From contig CAVZIW010000004.1 of NCBI GenBank assembly GCA_963775465.1, positions 1 to 64,000 on the forward strand: 64,000 bases of DNA. The letters are read 5' to 3'. A model generated the notes under the pieces. That model saw only the letters and a list, made by a program, of their open reading frames with translations, was not told where the DNA came from and made no database searches. This DNA comes from Candidatus Bathyarchaeota archaeon (lineage in GTDB: Archaea > Thermoproteota > Bathyarchaeia > Bathyarchaeales > Bathycorpusculaceae). This document shows, in pieces, positions 9,226-19,188 of this stretch (positions within the stretch are counted from its first letter, which is position 1; each line of letters opens with the position of its first letter). Made by a program: the position numbers and the translations under genes.

Positions 9226-10059
9226 TTGCGATTTGAAGAAGAAGTCAGCATTTTTCGTGAGCTAGGGGTCACTCGGATTCAAACTGAACTCTATTTAACC
9301 CTTCTGAAAATTGGAAAAACGGATGGAAAAACACTCACGAGACGAACAAATCTACCCAGGCCAGAAGTCTACAGAACACTTGAAGAGTTGCAGGAAAAGG
9401 GATTAGTTGAGAAAGAAATAACCCAACCGTATACCTTTACAGCAATACCAATTCAACAAGGGCTGCAAATGTTAATGACGCAGAAGTTTGAGAAGTTCAA
9501 CACAATTCAAGACAAAATCGAAAACCTTCTTCAGAAAATAGAAAACAAGAAAACGGAAAAAGTTCTAGATGAGCAAGAGTATCAACTTATTATGGTTGAC
9601 CATAAAGAAAGGATAATCCAAAAGATGAGACAACAGCATGAAGATGCACAAAATGAGGTGGTTGTCCTTTCCAACCCACAGAGGTGGCTGCTAATCCTTC
9701 ACTACTGTCTGGAGAATTATGAAAGAGCATTGGAGAGAGGCGTCTGGTATCGAGTTGTCATAGAAAACTCTGAAAACGGAATCGCCTCTCAGAAAAATGT
9801 GCAGATGCTGCTGTCAAGACCGAATTTCGAAATGAAGTTGTCAAACGGGTCATTCTGCACCAGCGCCGCCCTTTTTGATCGAAAAGAAGCCACATTTGCT
9901 TTTCATCCGTCAAGAGCCTTAGGAGAATCCCCAATTATATTGACCAATCATCCCAGCTTCCTGACAATGCTTCAAGAACACTTTGAGAATGTTTGGAAAA
10001 AAGCAAGCAGATTCAAAGTTCAAAACGAAGATGCAGACAATGAAGTTTTCGCTACTTGA
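9226..10059 (+). CDS. TrmB-family transcriptional regulator
   Basis: RPEVYRTLEELQEKGLVE wHTH; TNHPSF...HFENVW C-terminus; paralog of 44..862. Confidence 0.85.
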   Translation: MRFEEEVSIFRELGVTRIQTELYLTLLKIGKTDGKTLTRRTNLPRPEVYRTLEELQEKGLVEKEITQPYTFTAIPIQQGLQMLMTQKFEKFNTIQDKIENLLQKIENKKTEKVLDEQEYQLIMVDHKERIIQKMRQQHEDAQNEVVVLSNPQRWLLILHYCLENYERALERGVWYRVVIENSENGIASQKNVQMLLSRPNFEMKLSNGSFCTSAALFDRKEATFAFHPSRALGESPIILTNHPSFLTMLQEHFENVWKKASRFKVQNEDADNEVFAT

Positions 10060-10510
10060 TAAATCACTACAAAAGTTTTCGCAACGTGGATCCATAGGCT
10101 AATTTGCCCAGCTTTCTGTTCCAACAGTAACGGTCTACTTTCCTCTGACGCAAGATTATTTAGCCGTTTTAACCTTTCAGAAATGCTGGAAAAATCTCTC
10201 ATAGTCAATAATAAATTAGTTGAATAGGCTGGAGGAAACAATCAGATAAAGAAAAGGAGAGTTTTGCGGGAGATGTCGCCACTTAGGGTATTTTCCTCCA
10301 AACAGTAGGTCTTTTTAAACGACCAGTAAGTAGCTACTTTCTTTTCCGAAAAAGTTTTTGCCCGTCCATATCGCAAAAGTATTCAAAGCCAACTTCGATT
10401 AGTTAGCAGACTTCGTCTACTGATGTAGCGGTTTTAGCAGTGAATTCACCGTTTACTTATTTGAAAGTAATACTTCCCCAATGAACTGATGGGTCTCTAA
10501 ACCAAAAAAG

Positions 10511-10807
10511 GTGGAAAAGTGGTATAAAAGGCGTATGTACATGGGCGATAACCGTCGGACCCGCCAATGTACATCCACATTTATACTGAATTCTCCAGAT
10601 TCTCCTCTCTCTTTTTTTACCAGTTTTCTACTTAGCGCACGCTCCAAGATTTTGAGCAATTATTCTAGCAAAGCGGCTCAGTGTATGGATTGCACTTTTT
10701 GGTGTGGCCGTTGTTCTGAGCCATTAAATCAACGGCGATGGGCGATTAATCGGTTAGCTTCAAGCGATGCCTGCTCGAAGTTTCAGCATAGAGGAGGCAG
10801 CCAATAA
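10511..10807 (+). CDS. Small Cys-rich hypothetical protein (start uncertain)
   Basis: CMDC..WCGRC..C; TAATG overlap with the next ORF; GGAGG before the next start. Confidence 0.45.
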   Translation: MEKWYKRRMYMGDNRRTRQCTSTFILNSPDSPLSFFTSFLLSARSKILSNYSSKAAQCMDCTFWCGRCSEPLNQRRWAINRLASSDACSKFQHRGGSQ

Positions 10808-11076
10808 TGGGTTCAGTAGCTGATTCGTTTAAGCCTCCCTGTCTACTGGGATATTATCCTTGCATAAGTAATCCTTCATCAAAAGACTGCGCCATAATCG
10901 GTACCTGCTCTAAGGATCTGTATTTTTGCAAGTTTGCAAAGTTGGCGCTCGCCGACGGCACCGATATTTCGTGCAGGCGATACAGTTTTGCTAATAGGCA
11001 TTGCACTCACGGCGGCGGATCGTGCCCTGGGTTTGCATATCTTATGCGCAGACGTTTTGGAGGCTGTCGGCAATGA
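10807..11076 (+). CDS. Small Cys-rich hypothetical protein
   Basis: Many Cys in 89 aa; coupled at both ends (TAATG, ATGA). Confidence 0.55.
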   Translation: MGSVADSFKPPCLLGYYPCISNPSSKDCAIIGTCSKDLYFCKFAKLALADGTDISCRRYSFANRHCTHGGGSCPGFAYLMRRRFGGCRQ

Positions 11077-12236
11077 TTCAGGGCGGCGACAATTCAATAA
11101 GAGACAGAATAAAATCCGATGTCCTGCAAGAAGTTCAGCGCATCCTGCTGACCTATGAAGAGAGGATTGCGGTTTTAGAAAAAGAAAATCGACAGCTTTG
11201 GGAACAAAATAGAACACTGTATAGCGCCTTAGATGACCTATCGCTTTCATTTGACGATTTCGAGGAGAAATCAAAGCGAAACTTAACGATGCCATATCCA
11301 ACTTGGCGGAGGCTTGATTTTTTGGTTGAAGATCAAAGTACAAAAGTTGGTGCCAAAAATGCTCAAAGTACAACTAGACATCAAGCTAACGGTTGCGTGC
11401 AGTTTGATAGCGATAAAGTCCGCACATGGGTTTTACCGCTTATGAAGCGGATTTACGCGGGCGATTACCCTACTCAAGCGGGCAGAATCTTGGGATTAAG
11501 TCGCAGTCACGTCTGGTACTATGTGGGCAAGCTACAAAAGGCTGGTTTGATTTATCAAGAAAAACGCAGCAACGCCGCATTCTATGCATTAACAACTGAG
11601 GGCTCAAATCTTCTCAAGTCATGTGAGGGTAGAGTTTTTCCAGGCGAGCTGCACCGGTTGGATAAGTGTCAGGTGGCGTTTAGGATTTTGGCGGAGGGGC
11701 GTTATCCTGATGGGCAGTTTAGGGCTGTGGAGATGGTGAATTGGACTGCTCTTTTGGGTTTGGAGCAGGGTGTTAAGGTTAGGCATACGTCTAGGAGTTG
11801 GATTGTTCATGTGCCGGTGATTCGGGGTAAGAATCCTGCGGAGGTTTATGGTTTAGCTATGAACCTAAGTAATCGTGTTGCTGTGTCTTTGGCTAAGAAA
11901 TATGGGGTTGTTTTAGCTGAGGGGTCGTTTGTCGGTGGGGAGTTGGCGGTTGAGGATCCTGTCGCAAAATTGTTCGGTAGATACTTTAGTGTAAGGGCTG
12001 GGAGGCGAAAGATAGATCATAGCTGGGGTGAGGGTGAGCTTGAAAACATCGGCAAAGATGCTGCAATCGATTATATGCAGATGCCTGAGAAGGTCAAGTG
12101 TATCGATAGGAAATTGGATCGACTTGAGATTAAGTTTGAGCGGTTAATCGAAGCCTTTGGGCAAGCAGACAGTGTCGAGGGTGATCCGAGAAAGCTAGCT
12201 GAAGGTCAAAGAAAGATTGGGGAGTATATAGTTTGA
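11073..12236 (+). CDS. Coiled-coil + MarR-like wHTH protein with large unknown C-terminal domain (MGE-like)
   Basis: Start moved to ATG 11073 (ATGA overlap, GGAGG at 11059); YPTQAGRILGLSRSHVWYYVGKLQKAGLI wHTH. Confidence 0.7.
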   Translation: MIQGGDNSIRDRIKSDVLQEVQRILLTYEERIAVLEKENRQLWEQNRTLYSALDDLSLSFDDFEEKSKRNLTMPYPTWRRLDFLVEDQSTKVGAKNAQSTTRHQANGCVQFDSDKVRTWVLPLMKRIYAGDYPTQAGRILGLSRSHVWYYVGKLQKAGLIYQEKRSNAAFYALTTEGSNLLKSCEGRVFPGELHRLDKCQVAFRILAEGRYPDGQFRAVEMVNWTALLGLEQGVKVRHTSRSWIVHVPVIRGKNPAEVYGLAMNLSNRVAVSLAKKYGVVLAEGSFVGGELAVEDPVAKLFGRYFSVRAGRRKIDHSWGEGELENIGKDAAIDYMQMPEKVKCIDRKLDRLEIKFERLIEAFGQADSVEGDPRKLAEGQRKIGEYIV

Positions 12237-12410
12237 CGCCTGTGTTCTCTACGCTAATGGCAGTGAAAACCTGTTCAAAAGCAATTTCGGCAGTATCCCG
12301 TGGACATGGGAAAAGTCCATGCTTTTCAGAAGTCACATTTCTGCAGTTGGTTGGTCCTGATTACCTACTGCTAATTTTACCATTCGTTGATGGAGTAGAA
12401 AACATGGAGT

Positions 12411-12881
12411 GTGCACTTTGATATGGAGGCGAGCGATAAACCTGTTCAGAACCAGAAAAAGAAGCGTAGCCAAAGCGAAAAGATAGGCCGCTTGAAGTAC
12501 AACCAGCAACTCCTCAAACAGACGCTATCAGAAGTTGAAGAGGTAAAAATAATGTTGCGAACAATCTTTGCAGGCATGAAAGATTCTTTCAATTTTGAAA
12601 AATCCCTAATCGAGCGCATGGCATGCAGAGATGAGATTGATAGAGAGGTTCTCCAGTTACTTTATGAGGCTGGATCTCCAGGGCTACTGCCGAAAGATAT
12701 GCAGGATAAGCTTGAAAAATTCAAAGTCACTCGTCACCAAATAAGCAGAAGGATCCTGAGAATGAACAAGCGATTGGAAAAGGAACTAGGTGAACAAGTT
12801 GCTGAGAAACGGGGTTGGCATTGGGCTCTCACAAGATTTGCGGTTGAATCTTGGGGCAAGACTGAAAGAGAAACAAATTAA
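12411..12881 (+). CDS. wHTH DNA-binding hypothetical protein
   Basis: DEIDREVLQLLYEAGSPGLLPKD...RHQISRRILRMNKRL...KRGWHWAL. Confidence 0.7.
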   Translation: MHFDMEASDKPVQNQKKKRSQSEKIGRLKYNQQLLKQTLSEVEEVKIMLRTIFAGMKDSFNFEKSLIERMACRDEIDREVLQLLYEAGSPGLLPKDMQDKLEKFKVTRHQISRRILRMNKRLEKELGEQVAEKRGWHWALTRFAVESWGKTERETN

Positions 12882-13071
12882 CTTACTACTAGTTGGCAAA
12901 ACGATGGTTTCTAAAAGACGATTGTGAATAATTTTTGCTAAAGAAGAAGAGGTTCGTTTAGAGACTATAGACTTCTATTATTTGAGTTAAGTTGCCGAGA
13001 GAACAATTAATAGTTCGGTTTTCAATAGACTTAGCAAATTTTATTAAAGCAAATCAACCAATGCAGTTATT

Positions 13072-14496
13072 ATGCCAGCAACCGATAACCAAGGCGATGA
13101 TTCAGAAATTCTTGAGAAATCACCCACTGGGATTCAAGGTTTCGACGAAATAACCTTTGGCGGATTACCCAAGGGTCGTCCCACAATAATTATTGGCGGT
13201 CCTGGAAGCGGCAAAACCCTTTTCGGGATGGAATTTCTCGTTAATGGCGCCATAAAATATGGCGAACCCGGCGTCTTCATAGCGTTTGAGGAAACAGAGC
13301 GAGAACTTGAAAAGAATACGGTTTCTTTGGGTTTTGGCGTTAAGAGCCTTGTTCAACAAAAAAAATTATACATAGATCATGTGCGTGTTGAACGAAGTGA
13401 GATAGAGGAGACCGGTGAGTATGATCTTGAAGGACTATTCATTCGGCTAGGTTCAGCTATAGATTCTGTAGGCGCCAAAAGAATTGTCCTTGATACTGTT
13501 GAGTCTCTTTTCTCCGGATTGAGTAATGAAGCTATTTTGCGTGCTGAATTGCGCCGACTGTTCGGTTGGCTCAAAGACAAGGGTATGACGGCAGTTATAA
13601 CTGCTGAGAGAGGAACAGAAACGATGACTCGCTATGGACTCGAAGAATACGTCTCTGACTGCGTCATCATTCTTGACCATCGCGTCAATAGCCAAATATC
13701 TACAAGGCGTTTGAGAGTTGTCAAATATAGAGGTTCCATGCATGGCACAAACGAATACCCATTCATAATTGATAATAATGGGTTTCAGCTGCTACCCATA
13801 ACGTCTGCTGGACTGGATTATTCTACTTCAAAAGAACGTTATTCAACTGGCATACCACAGCTTGATGCTATGCTTAGCCAGCAAGGTTTTTACAGAGGCA
13901 GTACGATAATGGTTTCTGGATCGGCTGGAACTGGTAAAACAAGCATTGCGTGGGCTTTTGCAAATTCGGTCTGTCAAAAAGGTCAGCGATGCTTATATTT
14001 TGCTCTTGAAGAATCACCAAGCCAAATCCTTCGAAACATGGAATCTATCGGGTTAAAACTTGAACCTTACATCAAAAAGGGAATTTTACAGATCCATTCA
14101 AATCGTCCAACCCTGTATGGGCTGGAAACTCACCTTTCAATTATGCAAAGAGCAATAGACGAGGTCAAGCCAAGCGTAGTCATAATTGATCCAATTTCCA
14201 ACTTAATTAACGTCGGCATCGAATCCGATGTTAAATCAATGCTAACCCGTATGATCGATTATCTGAAAACAAAGCAAATCACAACCCTTTTTACCTCTCT
14301 GAGAGGGCTTGACAAAAAAGGTGAATCCTCCGAGGTCATTTCCTCCTGGATTGATACCTGGATTTCTTTAAGCACTAAAAAACTGAAAGATGACAATGTA
14401 AAAACAAGAATCCGCATAATAAAATCCAGAGGAATGGCGCATGCAAAGAAGATCAAAGAACTACAATTGACCGATCAAGGAATAAAAATAGTTTAG
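13072..14496 (+). CDS. kaiC: Double-domain KaiC ATPase/kinase
   Basis: Two RecA-like domains: GGPGSGKT/AFEE/KYRG and GSAGTGKT/ALEE/KSRG; ISSWID at the phosphosite position. Confidence 0.93.
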   Translation: MPATDNQGDDSEILEKSPTGIQGFDEITFGGLPKGRPTIIIGGPGSGKTLFGMEFLVNGAIKYGEPGVFIAFEETERELEKNTVSLGFGVKSLVQQKKLYIDHVRVERSEIEETGEYDLEGLFIRLGSAIDSVGAKRIVLDTVESLFSGLSNEAILRAELRRLFGWLKDKGMTAVITAERGTETMTRYGLEEYVSDCVIILDHRVNSQISTRRLRVVKYRGSMHGTNEYPFIIDNNGFQLLPITSAGLDYSTSKERYSTGIPQLDAMLSQQGFYRGSTIMVSGSAGTGKTSIAWAFANSVCQKGQRCLYFALEESPSQILRNMESIGLKLEPYIKKGILQIHSNRPTLYGLETHLSIMQRAIDEVKPSVVIIDPISNLINVGIESDVKSMLTRMIDYLKTKQITTLFTSLRGLDKKGESSEVISSWIDTWISLSTKKLKDDNVKTRIRIIKSRGMAHAKKIKELQLTDQGIKIV

Positions 14497-14832
14497 GTGG
14501 TTAAAATGAGCAAAGAATATGCGCAAAATAATGAACCAGAAGAGAATGCTGAATTCTATGTTTTAAGACTATACGTCGCTGGGCAAACGCCAAAATCTAT
14601 GCAAGCTTTTGAGAATCTCAAAAAAATCTCTGAACAACATTTGAAAGGAAGATATAAAATTGAAGTTATAGATTTAGTAAAGAATCCTCGGTTAGCCAAG
14701 GATGACCAGATTTTAGCTATTCCAACTCTTGTTCGTAAATTACCTGAGCCTTTGAAGAAAATTATTGGTGACCTCTCAAATACTGAAAGAGTTCTCGTGG
14801 GATTAGATATTCGACCCAAAAAAAATTTATAG
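14497..14832 (+). CDS. kaiB: KaiB family protein
   Basis: [12 protein letters not shown]...IEVIDL...[23 protein letters not shown]. Confidence 0.95.
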   Translation: MVKMSKEYAQNNEPEENAEFYVLRLYVAGQTPKSMQAFENLKKISEQHLKGRYKIEVIDLVKNPRLAKDDQILAIPTLVRKLPEPLKKIIGDLSNTERVLVGLDIRPKKNL

Positions 14833-14864
14833 ACAAAAAGAGTTGATAAGGGGCGGGAAGAATT

Positions 14865-15230
14865 TTGAGCACTAAAAAAGAAGACTCCCAAGATTCTACT
14901 CAAGATTTTGAAAAAGCCGCAGAAAAGAATAGAGAAGAAAAGTATGTTTTGCGCTTGTATGTCGCTGGGATGTCGCCTCGGTCAGTTAGGGCTATTGAGA
15001 ACATTCGAAGGATTTGTGAAGACAGCCTGAAGGGTCGATATGAACTTGAGGTGATAGATGTTTATCAGCAGCCTGAATACGCTAAAAAAGAGCAGCTTCT
15101 TGCAGCGCCTACCTTGATAAAGAAACTACCTCTACCTCTTAGACGGCTTATTGGCGACATGTCAAATAAGGAGCGTATTCTGGTTGGTTTAGATTTAATG
15201 CCAAAGAATCAACCTGAAAAAAAGAGGTAG
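14865..15230 (+). CDS. kaiB: Second KaiB family protein
   Basis: LRLYVAGMSPRS...LEVIDV...LLAAPTLIKKLPLPLRRLIGDMS. Confidence 0.93.
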   Translation: MSTKKEDSQDSTQDFEKAAEKNREEKYVLRLYVAGMSPRSVRAIENIRRICEDSLKGRYELEVIDVYQQPEYAKKEQLLAAPTLIKKLPLPLRRLIGDMSNKERILVGLDLMPKNQPEKKR

Positions 15231-15243
15231 AAGCAAAACACCG

Positions 15244-17652
15244 ATGAAAACAAAAGATAAAGCAGTCGATATTCTCGCTGAAAATGAGACCTTGCGTCAG
15301 CAGTTAGCTGAAGCGCAGGAGACGCTGAGGGCTATCCAGCATGGAGAAGTTGACGCCTTAGTCGTTTCTACGCCCGAAGGCGAGCAAGTTTATTCAATTA
15401 CAGGCGCAGAAAAACCCTATCGCGTTTTAATTGAAGAAATGAAAGAGGGCGCAGTTATGCTCTCCGAAAACAACATTATTCTTTACTGCAACATTGGATT
15501 TGCAGAGATCATCAAGCAACCACTTGACAAGATCATTGGAACCAACATTCAAGAAATAATCTCCCCAACTCATAGCTCAGTTTTTGAAGAATTGATGCGT
15601 TCTGGTCGCAAGGGTGAAGGGTCGAAAGTTGGAGAAGTTAGTCTTCAAACTGCAGATAAAGCTACCGTGCCAGCATACATGTCAGTTAATTCTTTTCAAA
15701 AAGATGATGTAAAAACCACTTTTTTGGTTTTCACTGATTTAACCCGGCATATGCAGGAAGACATCAAAAGATATACCAAAGGTTTGGAACTGGAAATTAG
15801 TAAACGCGAGAGAGTTGAACAAGCATTAAGACAAGCAGAAGAACGCTTCCGAATTGCTTTGAAGAACGCTCCTGTTTCGGTAGCTGCCCAAGACCTTGAA
15901 CACAAATATATATGGGCATATAACCAAAAAACCTCAACCCCAGAGGAAATTATTGGGAAAACAGATAGGGATATTTTCAAACCGCAAGAAGCGGACCACG
16001 TAGACCAAATCAAGGAACGGGTAATTAGAGAGGGCGCCGAGATTCGGGAGCAGATGTGGCTTGATAGACCTTCTGGGAAGATTTATCTTGGTATTACATG
16101 GTCACCTCTAAGGGATAGTAAGGGAAAAATTGTTGGAGTCACAAGTGCCACTGTTGACTTAACTGCATTAAAAATGGCAGAAGAAGCACTAAAAGAAAGT
16201 GAAGCTAAGTTTAAGACGTTAGCTGAGAATGCTCCTGATGCTATCATGCTTTTTGATCCAGAATTGCGGGTGCTCTATTTGAACCCTGTGGATTTGGCTG
16301 CCACAGGCAAAACTCTTGACGAGTTTATTGGAAAGACTAATGAAGAAATGGGCATGCCGACAGAACTCTGCAAATTATGGAATAGGATGTTTGAGAGGGC
16401 AAAAGCAGAAAAACAAGTTCAACAAGCAGAATTTGACTTTAATACACCAATCGGGATTAGATCATTCAATTTGCGAATTGTACCTGAATTTGCTGAAGAC
16501 GGCTCTTTAAAATCTTACGTAGGTATCTCCCATGATATTACTGAGCTTAAGAAAGCTGAAAAAATACTCAAAGAAAACGAACATCTCTACCGCACTGTAT
16601 TTGACAATAGTCAAGATGGATTCCAGTTAATTGAGTTAATTTACGATAAAGATGGGAATCCAATAGATCATAAGTTCTTGAAAGTTAACCATGCTTACGA
16701 AGTTATAATAGGTGTTAAAGCAGACGACATTCTTGACAAAACTGCAAGATACATTTCTCCAAACGTTGAACCTCATTGGCTTGATGTTCCTGATAGAGTC
16801 GCTAAGACTGGGTTATCAGAGCATGTCGAGCTGTATAACAAGGATATTGGCAAGTGGTTAGATTGTTTCTATTTCCCCTATTCCAAAAATGTCGTTGGGA
16901 CACTTTTTAGGGATATTACTGGACGGAAAGAATTGGAGAAACAGCTGCAAGATTCTGAGCGATTGGCCGCTATCGGTGCAACAGCGGGCATGGTTGGACA
17001 TGACATTCGCAATCCATTGCAGGCCATTATTGGAGATTTATACCTTGCTAAAGAAGAAATAAGCGAGATCCCAAATAATGAAGGCAAGCGAGCGATGCAT
17101 GAGACCTTGGCGGAAATTGAGAAAAACGTTGATTACATTAACAAGATTATAGCTGACCTGCAAGATTTTGCAAGAGCAATTACTCCAACTGCTCAAGTGG
17201 TCGATTTAGAAGACCTCTGTGAAGAGGTGCTTTTTAAGAATGGCGTTCCAGAAAATATTAAAGCCTCTTGTAGAATAGAGCCTGAAGCAAAAATTTTAAT
17301 GTCTGACTTAGCGTTGCTAAAACGTATTCTTATCAATCTTACTTCTAACGCTGTGCAGGCTATGCCGCAAGGCGGAGAACTTTCTATTAAAGCTTACAAG
17401 AATGCAGGTGACGTTGTTATCACTGTTGAAGATACTGGTGTTGGTATTGCTGGTGAAGTGAAAGAAAAGTTGTTTACACCAATGTTCACTACCAAAGCTA
17501 AAGGTCAAGGTTTTGGATTAGCTGTAGTTAAACGTATGACTGAGGCGTTGGGTGGAGAGGTCACTTTTGAGAGTGAAGTTGGCAAGGGAACAAAGTTTAT
17601 TGTGCGTTTACCCCCCCCCAAAGAAGTAAACGGTAAATGGACCTACAAATAA
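15244..17652 (+). CDS. Cytoplasmic multi-PAS sensor histidine kinase
   Basis: About four PAS/PAC repeats; H-box HDIRNPLQAI; NAVQAM, DTGVGI, FTTK, GQGFGL boxes. Confidence 0.92.
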   Translation: MKTKDKAVDILAENETLRQQLAEAQETLRAIQHGEVDALVVSTPEGEQVYSITGAEKPYRVLIEEMKEGAVMLSENNIILYCNIGFAEIIKQPLDKIIGTNIQEIISPTHSSVFEELMRSGRKGEGSKVGEVSLQTADKATVPAYMSVNSFQKDDVKTTFLVFTDLTRHMQEDIKRYTKGLELEISKRERVEQALRQAEERFRIALKNAPVSVAAQDLEHKYIWAYNQKTSTPEEIIGKTDRDIFKPQEADHVDQIKERVIREGAEIREQMWLDRPSGKIYLGITWSPLRDSKGKIVGVTSATVDLTALKMAEEALKESEAKFKTLAENAPDAIMLFDPELRVLYLNPVDLAATGKTLDEFIGKTNEEMGMPTELCKLWNRMFERAKAEKQVQQAEFDFNTPIGIRSFNLRIVPEFAEDGSLKSYVGISHDITELKKAEKILKENEHLYRTVFDNSQDGFQLIELIYDKDGNPIDHKFLKVNHAYEVIIGVKADDILDKTARYISPNVEPHWLDVPDRVAKTGLSEHVELYNKDIGKWLDCFYFPYSKNVVGTLFRDITGRKELEKQLQDSERLAAIGATAGMVGHDIRNPLQAIIGDLYLAKEEISEIPNNEGKRAMHETLAEIEKNVDYINKIIADLQDFARAITPTAQVVDLEDLCEEVLFKNGVPENIKASCRIEPEAKILMSDLALLKRILINLTSNAVQAMPQGGELSIKAYKNAGDVVITVEDTGVGIAGEVKEKLFTPMFTTKAKGQGFGLAVVKRMTEALGGEVTFESEVGKGTKFIVRLPPPKEVNGKWTYK

Positions 17653-17655
17653 GGT

Positions 17656-18036
17656 CTAGTTCTCAAGTTCTTGTTTAGCGAAGAAAATAGCTTCGAAGTG
17701 CAACTCAACAAATTCGCTTCTGGACCTTTTCTGTTTTGAAGCTTCTTTGAATTCTTTTTCAACGTCTTCAGGTTCAAATGGAACCCATTCAACGTTGCAA
17801 TGTTTCACTAAATCGGCAAATTCCCAAAGAGAAAGCTTTGCGATCCTGCGGTTTGAGTAAAAGTTGCTTTCCCTTTGCTTAAGAGATCAAGGGCGGTTGT
17901 TTTCTCCACTCGGTGATGCCTGTTTCAAGAAGATTTCTGACAACTGTTGATTTGTCTAGTTTTTCTTTCTTTATGATAATGGAAATTTCTTCGTCAGATC
18001 AGCTGGGACGCGCACGGCTAATGGTTTAAGAGTCAA
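17656..18036 (-). pseudogene. Frameshifted UPF0175-like (RHH + HTH) antitoxin
   Basis: Manual translation after a GGTGA SD: MTLKPLAVRVPADL / EEISIIIKKEKLDKSTVVRNLLETGITEWRK / TALDLLSKGKATF / IAKLSLWEFADLVKHCNVEW; needs about 3 frameshifts. Confidence 0.7.
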
Positions 18037-18234
18037 CACACATCACCGTATACAATAGATACCATTTGCATACAAAGACATTGTGCCCTAAAAACAGCCT
18101 ATTTGTCTTTGCCTTCATTGAGCTCAGTTGGAGCTAGTGGAATACACCGAAAAGGGAAACTTTCCACACTTAATGATTAACTGTGAGTAAGGCCTATCCG
18201 AAGCAATGATGCCTGCACTTGTGGGATGGAAGTA

Positions 18235-18780
18235 TTAAGATAGGGCAATACATAATAAGCCAGAATAACCTGCGAATTCATCCTGTGATTCGCCCGATCC
18301 CCCAGTGTAAGGACAAAAATATTCTCCGCCCCAAGAACCCCGAGCAACTGTAACAATATAATCAAGGCAAGGTTCGCAGATCCCTGATCGATAATCAGAC
18401 GCAGTTAAATATGCACTAGCAGCAAACTCGTAGACTGCCCAACTGCAAAGAGCCTGAGTATAGCTGATTTTCTCCTTATAGTTGAACGGAATGCTCGTGT
18501 TTTGCTCATAGGGATAAGAAGTGTCAAAATAGAGAGCTGAGCTACCTCGCCACCCAACAACACAAACGCTGTAGTAGAGGTCGTTTGCGTAGGTTTTCAC
18601 ACTATAACTTGCCGACGTCAACAAAGTGTCGCCATATGCATCTAATGTATGTTTAGCTGAAAGCAAGCATTCCCCACAATCGGCAAGCAATGCAGTTGTG
18701 TCTGTTGTTACGTCCAGAATAAGGTTTGAAAGCAGGTTAGTTGAGTGAGCAACAATGTGGGAATACTGAAAGTCCCGCAA
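18235..18780 (-). CDS. Hypothetical Tyr/Ser/Thr-rich ORF, possibly a gene fragment
   Basis: 181-aa open frame with no clear start context and no recognised motif. Confidence 0.3.
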   Translation of the reverse strand: MRDFQYSHIVAHSTNLLSNLILDVTTDTTALLADCGECLLSAKHTLDAYGDTLLTSASYSVKTYANDLYYSVCVVGWRGSSALYFDTSYPYEQNTSIPFNYKEKISYTQALCSWAVYEFAASAYLTASDYRSGICEPCLDYIVTVARGSWGGEYFCPYTGGSGESQDEFAGYSGLLCIALS

Positions 18781-19041
18781 AAAGCTAACGCTCTATGAAC
18801 TACAACCTTATATCTAGTGCTTAATTCATTATTAATTCTCCGTCAGACTACCTCGAACAGTCGTATTTACACAGAGTTTTCTATCTACCTTTTTTTATTC
18901 TTCCGAGGGTACCCTGAAAAAATACTATACATTCGCATTATCAGTTTCTATAAGAATAGACCAGCTAAATCGTAAACCATCAGCTATTATTGAGTAAAAT
19001 AAAAATAGAACTTAAAACAAGAAAAGAAAAGGGTGAACCTA

Positions 19042-19188
19042 TTGAGCTCTAAACAAAAAGCAATCTGTGAAGTGTGCGGTAGGGAAATCACCAAAGAAGA
19101 CTACAACAACTATGAAGGCATGTGCTGGGAATGCTGGGATGACCAGCTAGCAAGAGAATCGGACAGCGCATTCGACTACCCAATGTAG
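19042..19188 (+). CDS. Unannotated 48-aa CxxC...CxxC zinc-finger microprotein
   Basis: GGTGA SD then TTG; MSSKQKAICEVCGREITKEDYNNYEGMCWECWDDQLARESDSAFDYPM. Confidence 0.7.
   Translation: MSSKQKAICEVCGREITKEDYNNYEGMCWECWDDQLARESDSAFDYPM

Noticed and set aside
10043-10091. Imperfect direct repeat AAGTTTTCGC(T/A)AC at the end of the second trmB, as a possible att/TSD
   Set aside because: Copies are only 30 bp apart and no matching copy was found at a distant element boundary.
10879-11373. 164-aa minus-strand ORF and the many other antisense ORFs inside long genes (e.g. 21894..22298, 55489..55977, 36141..36515)
   Set aside because: Shadow frames of well-supported genes on the opposite strand; no motifs.
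17611-17619. C9 homopolymer in the histidine kinase as a phase-variation switch
   Set aside because: It lies after the complete HATPase domain; slippage would alter only a few terminal residues.
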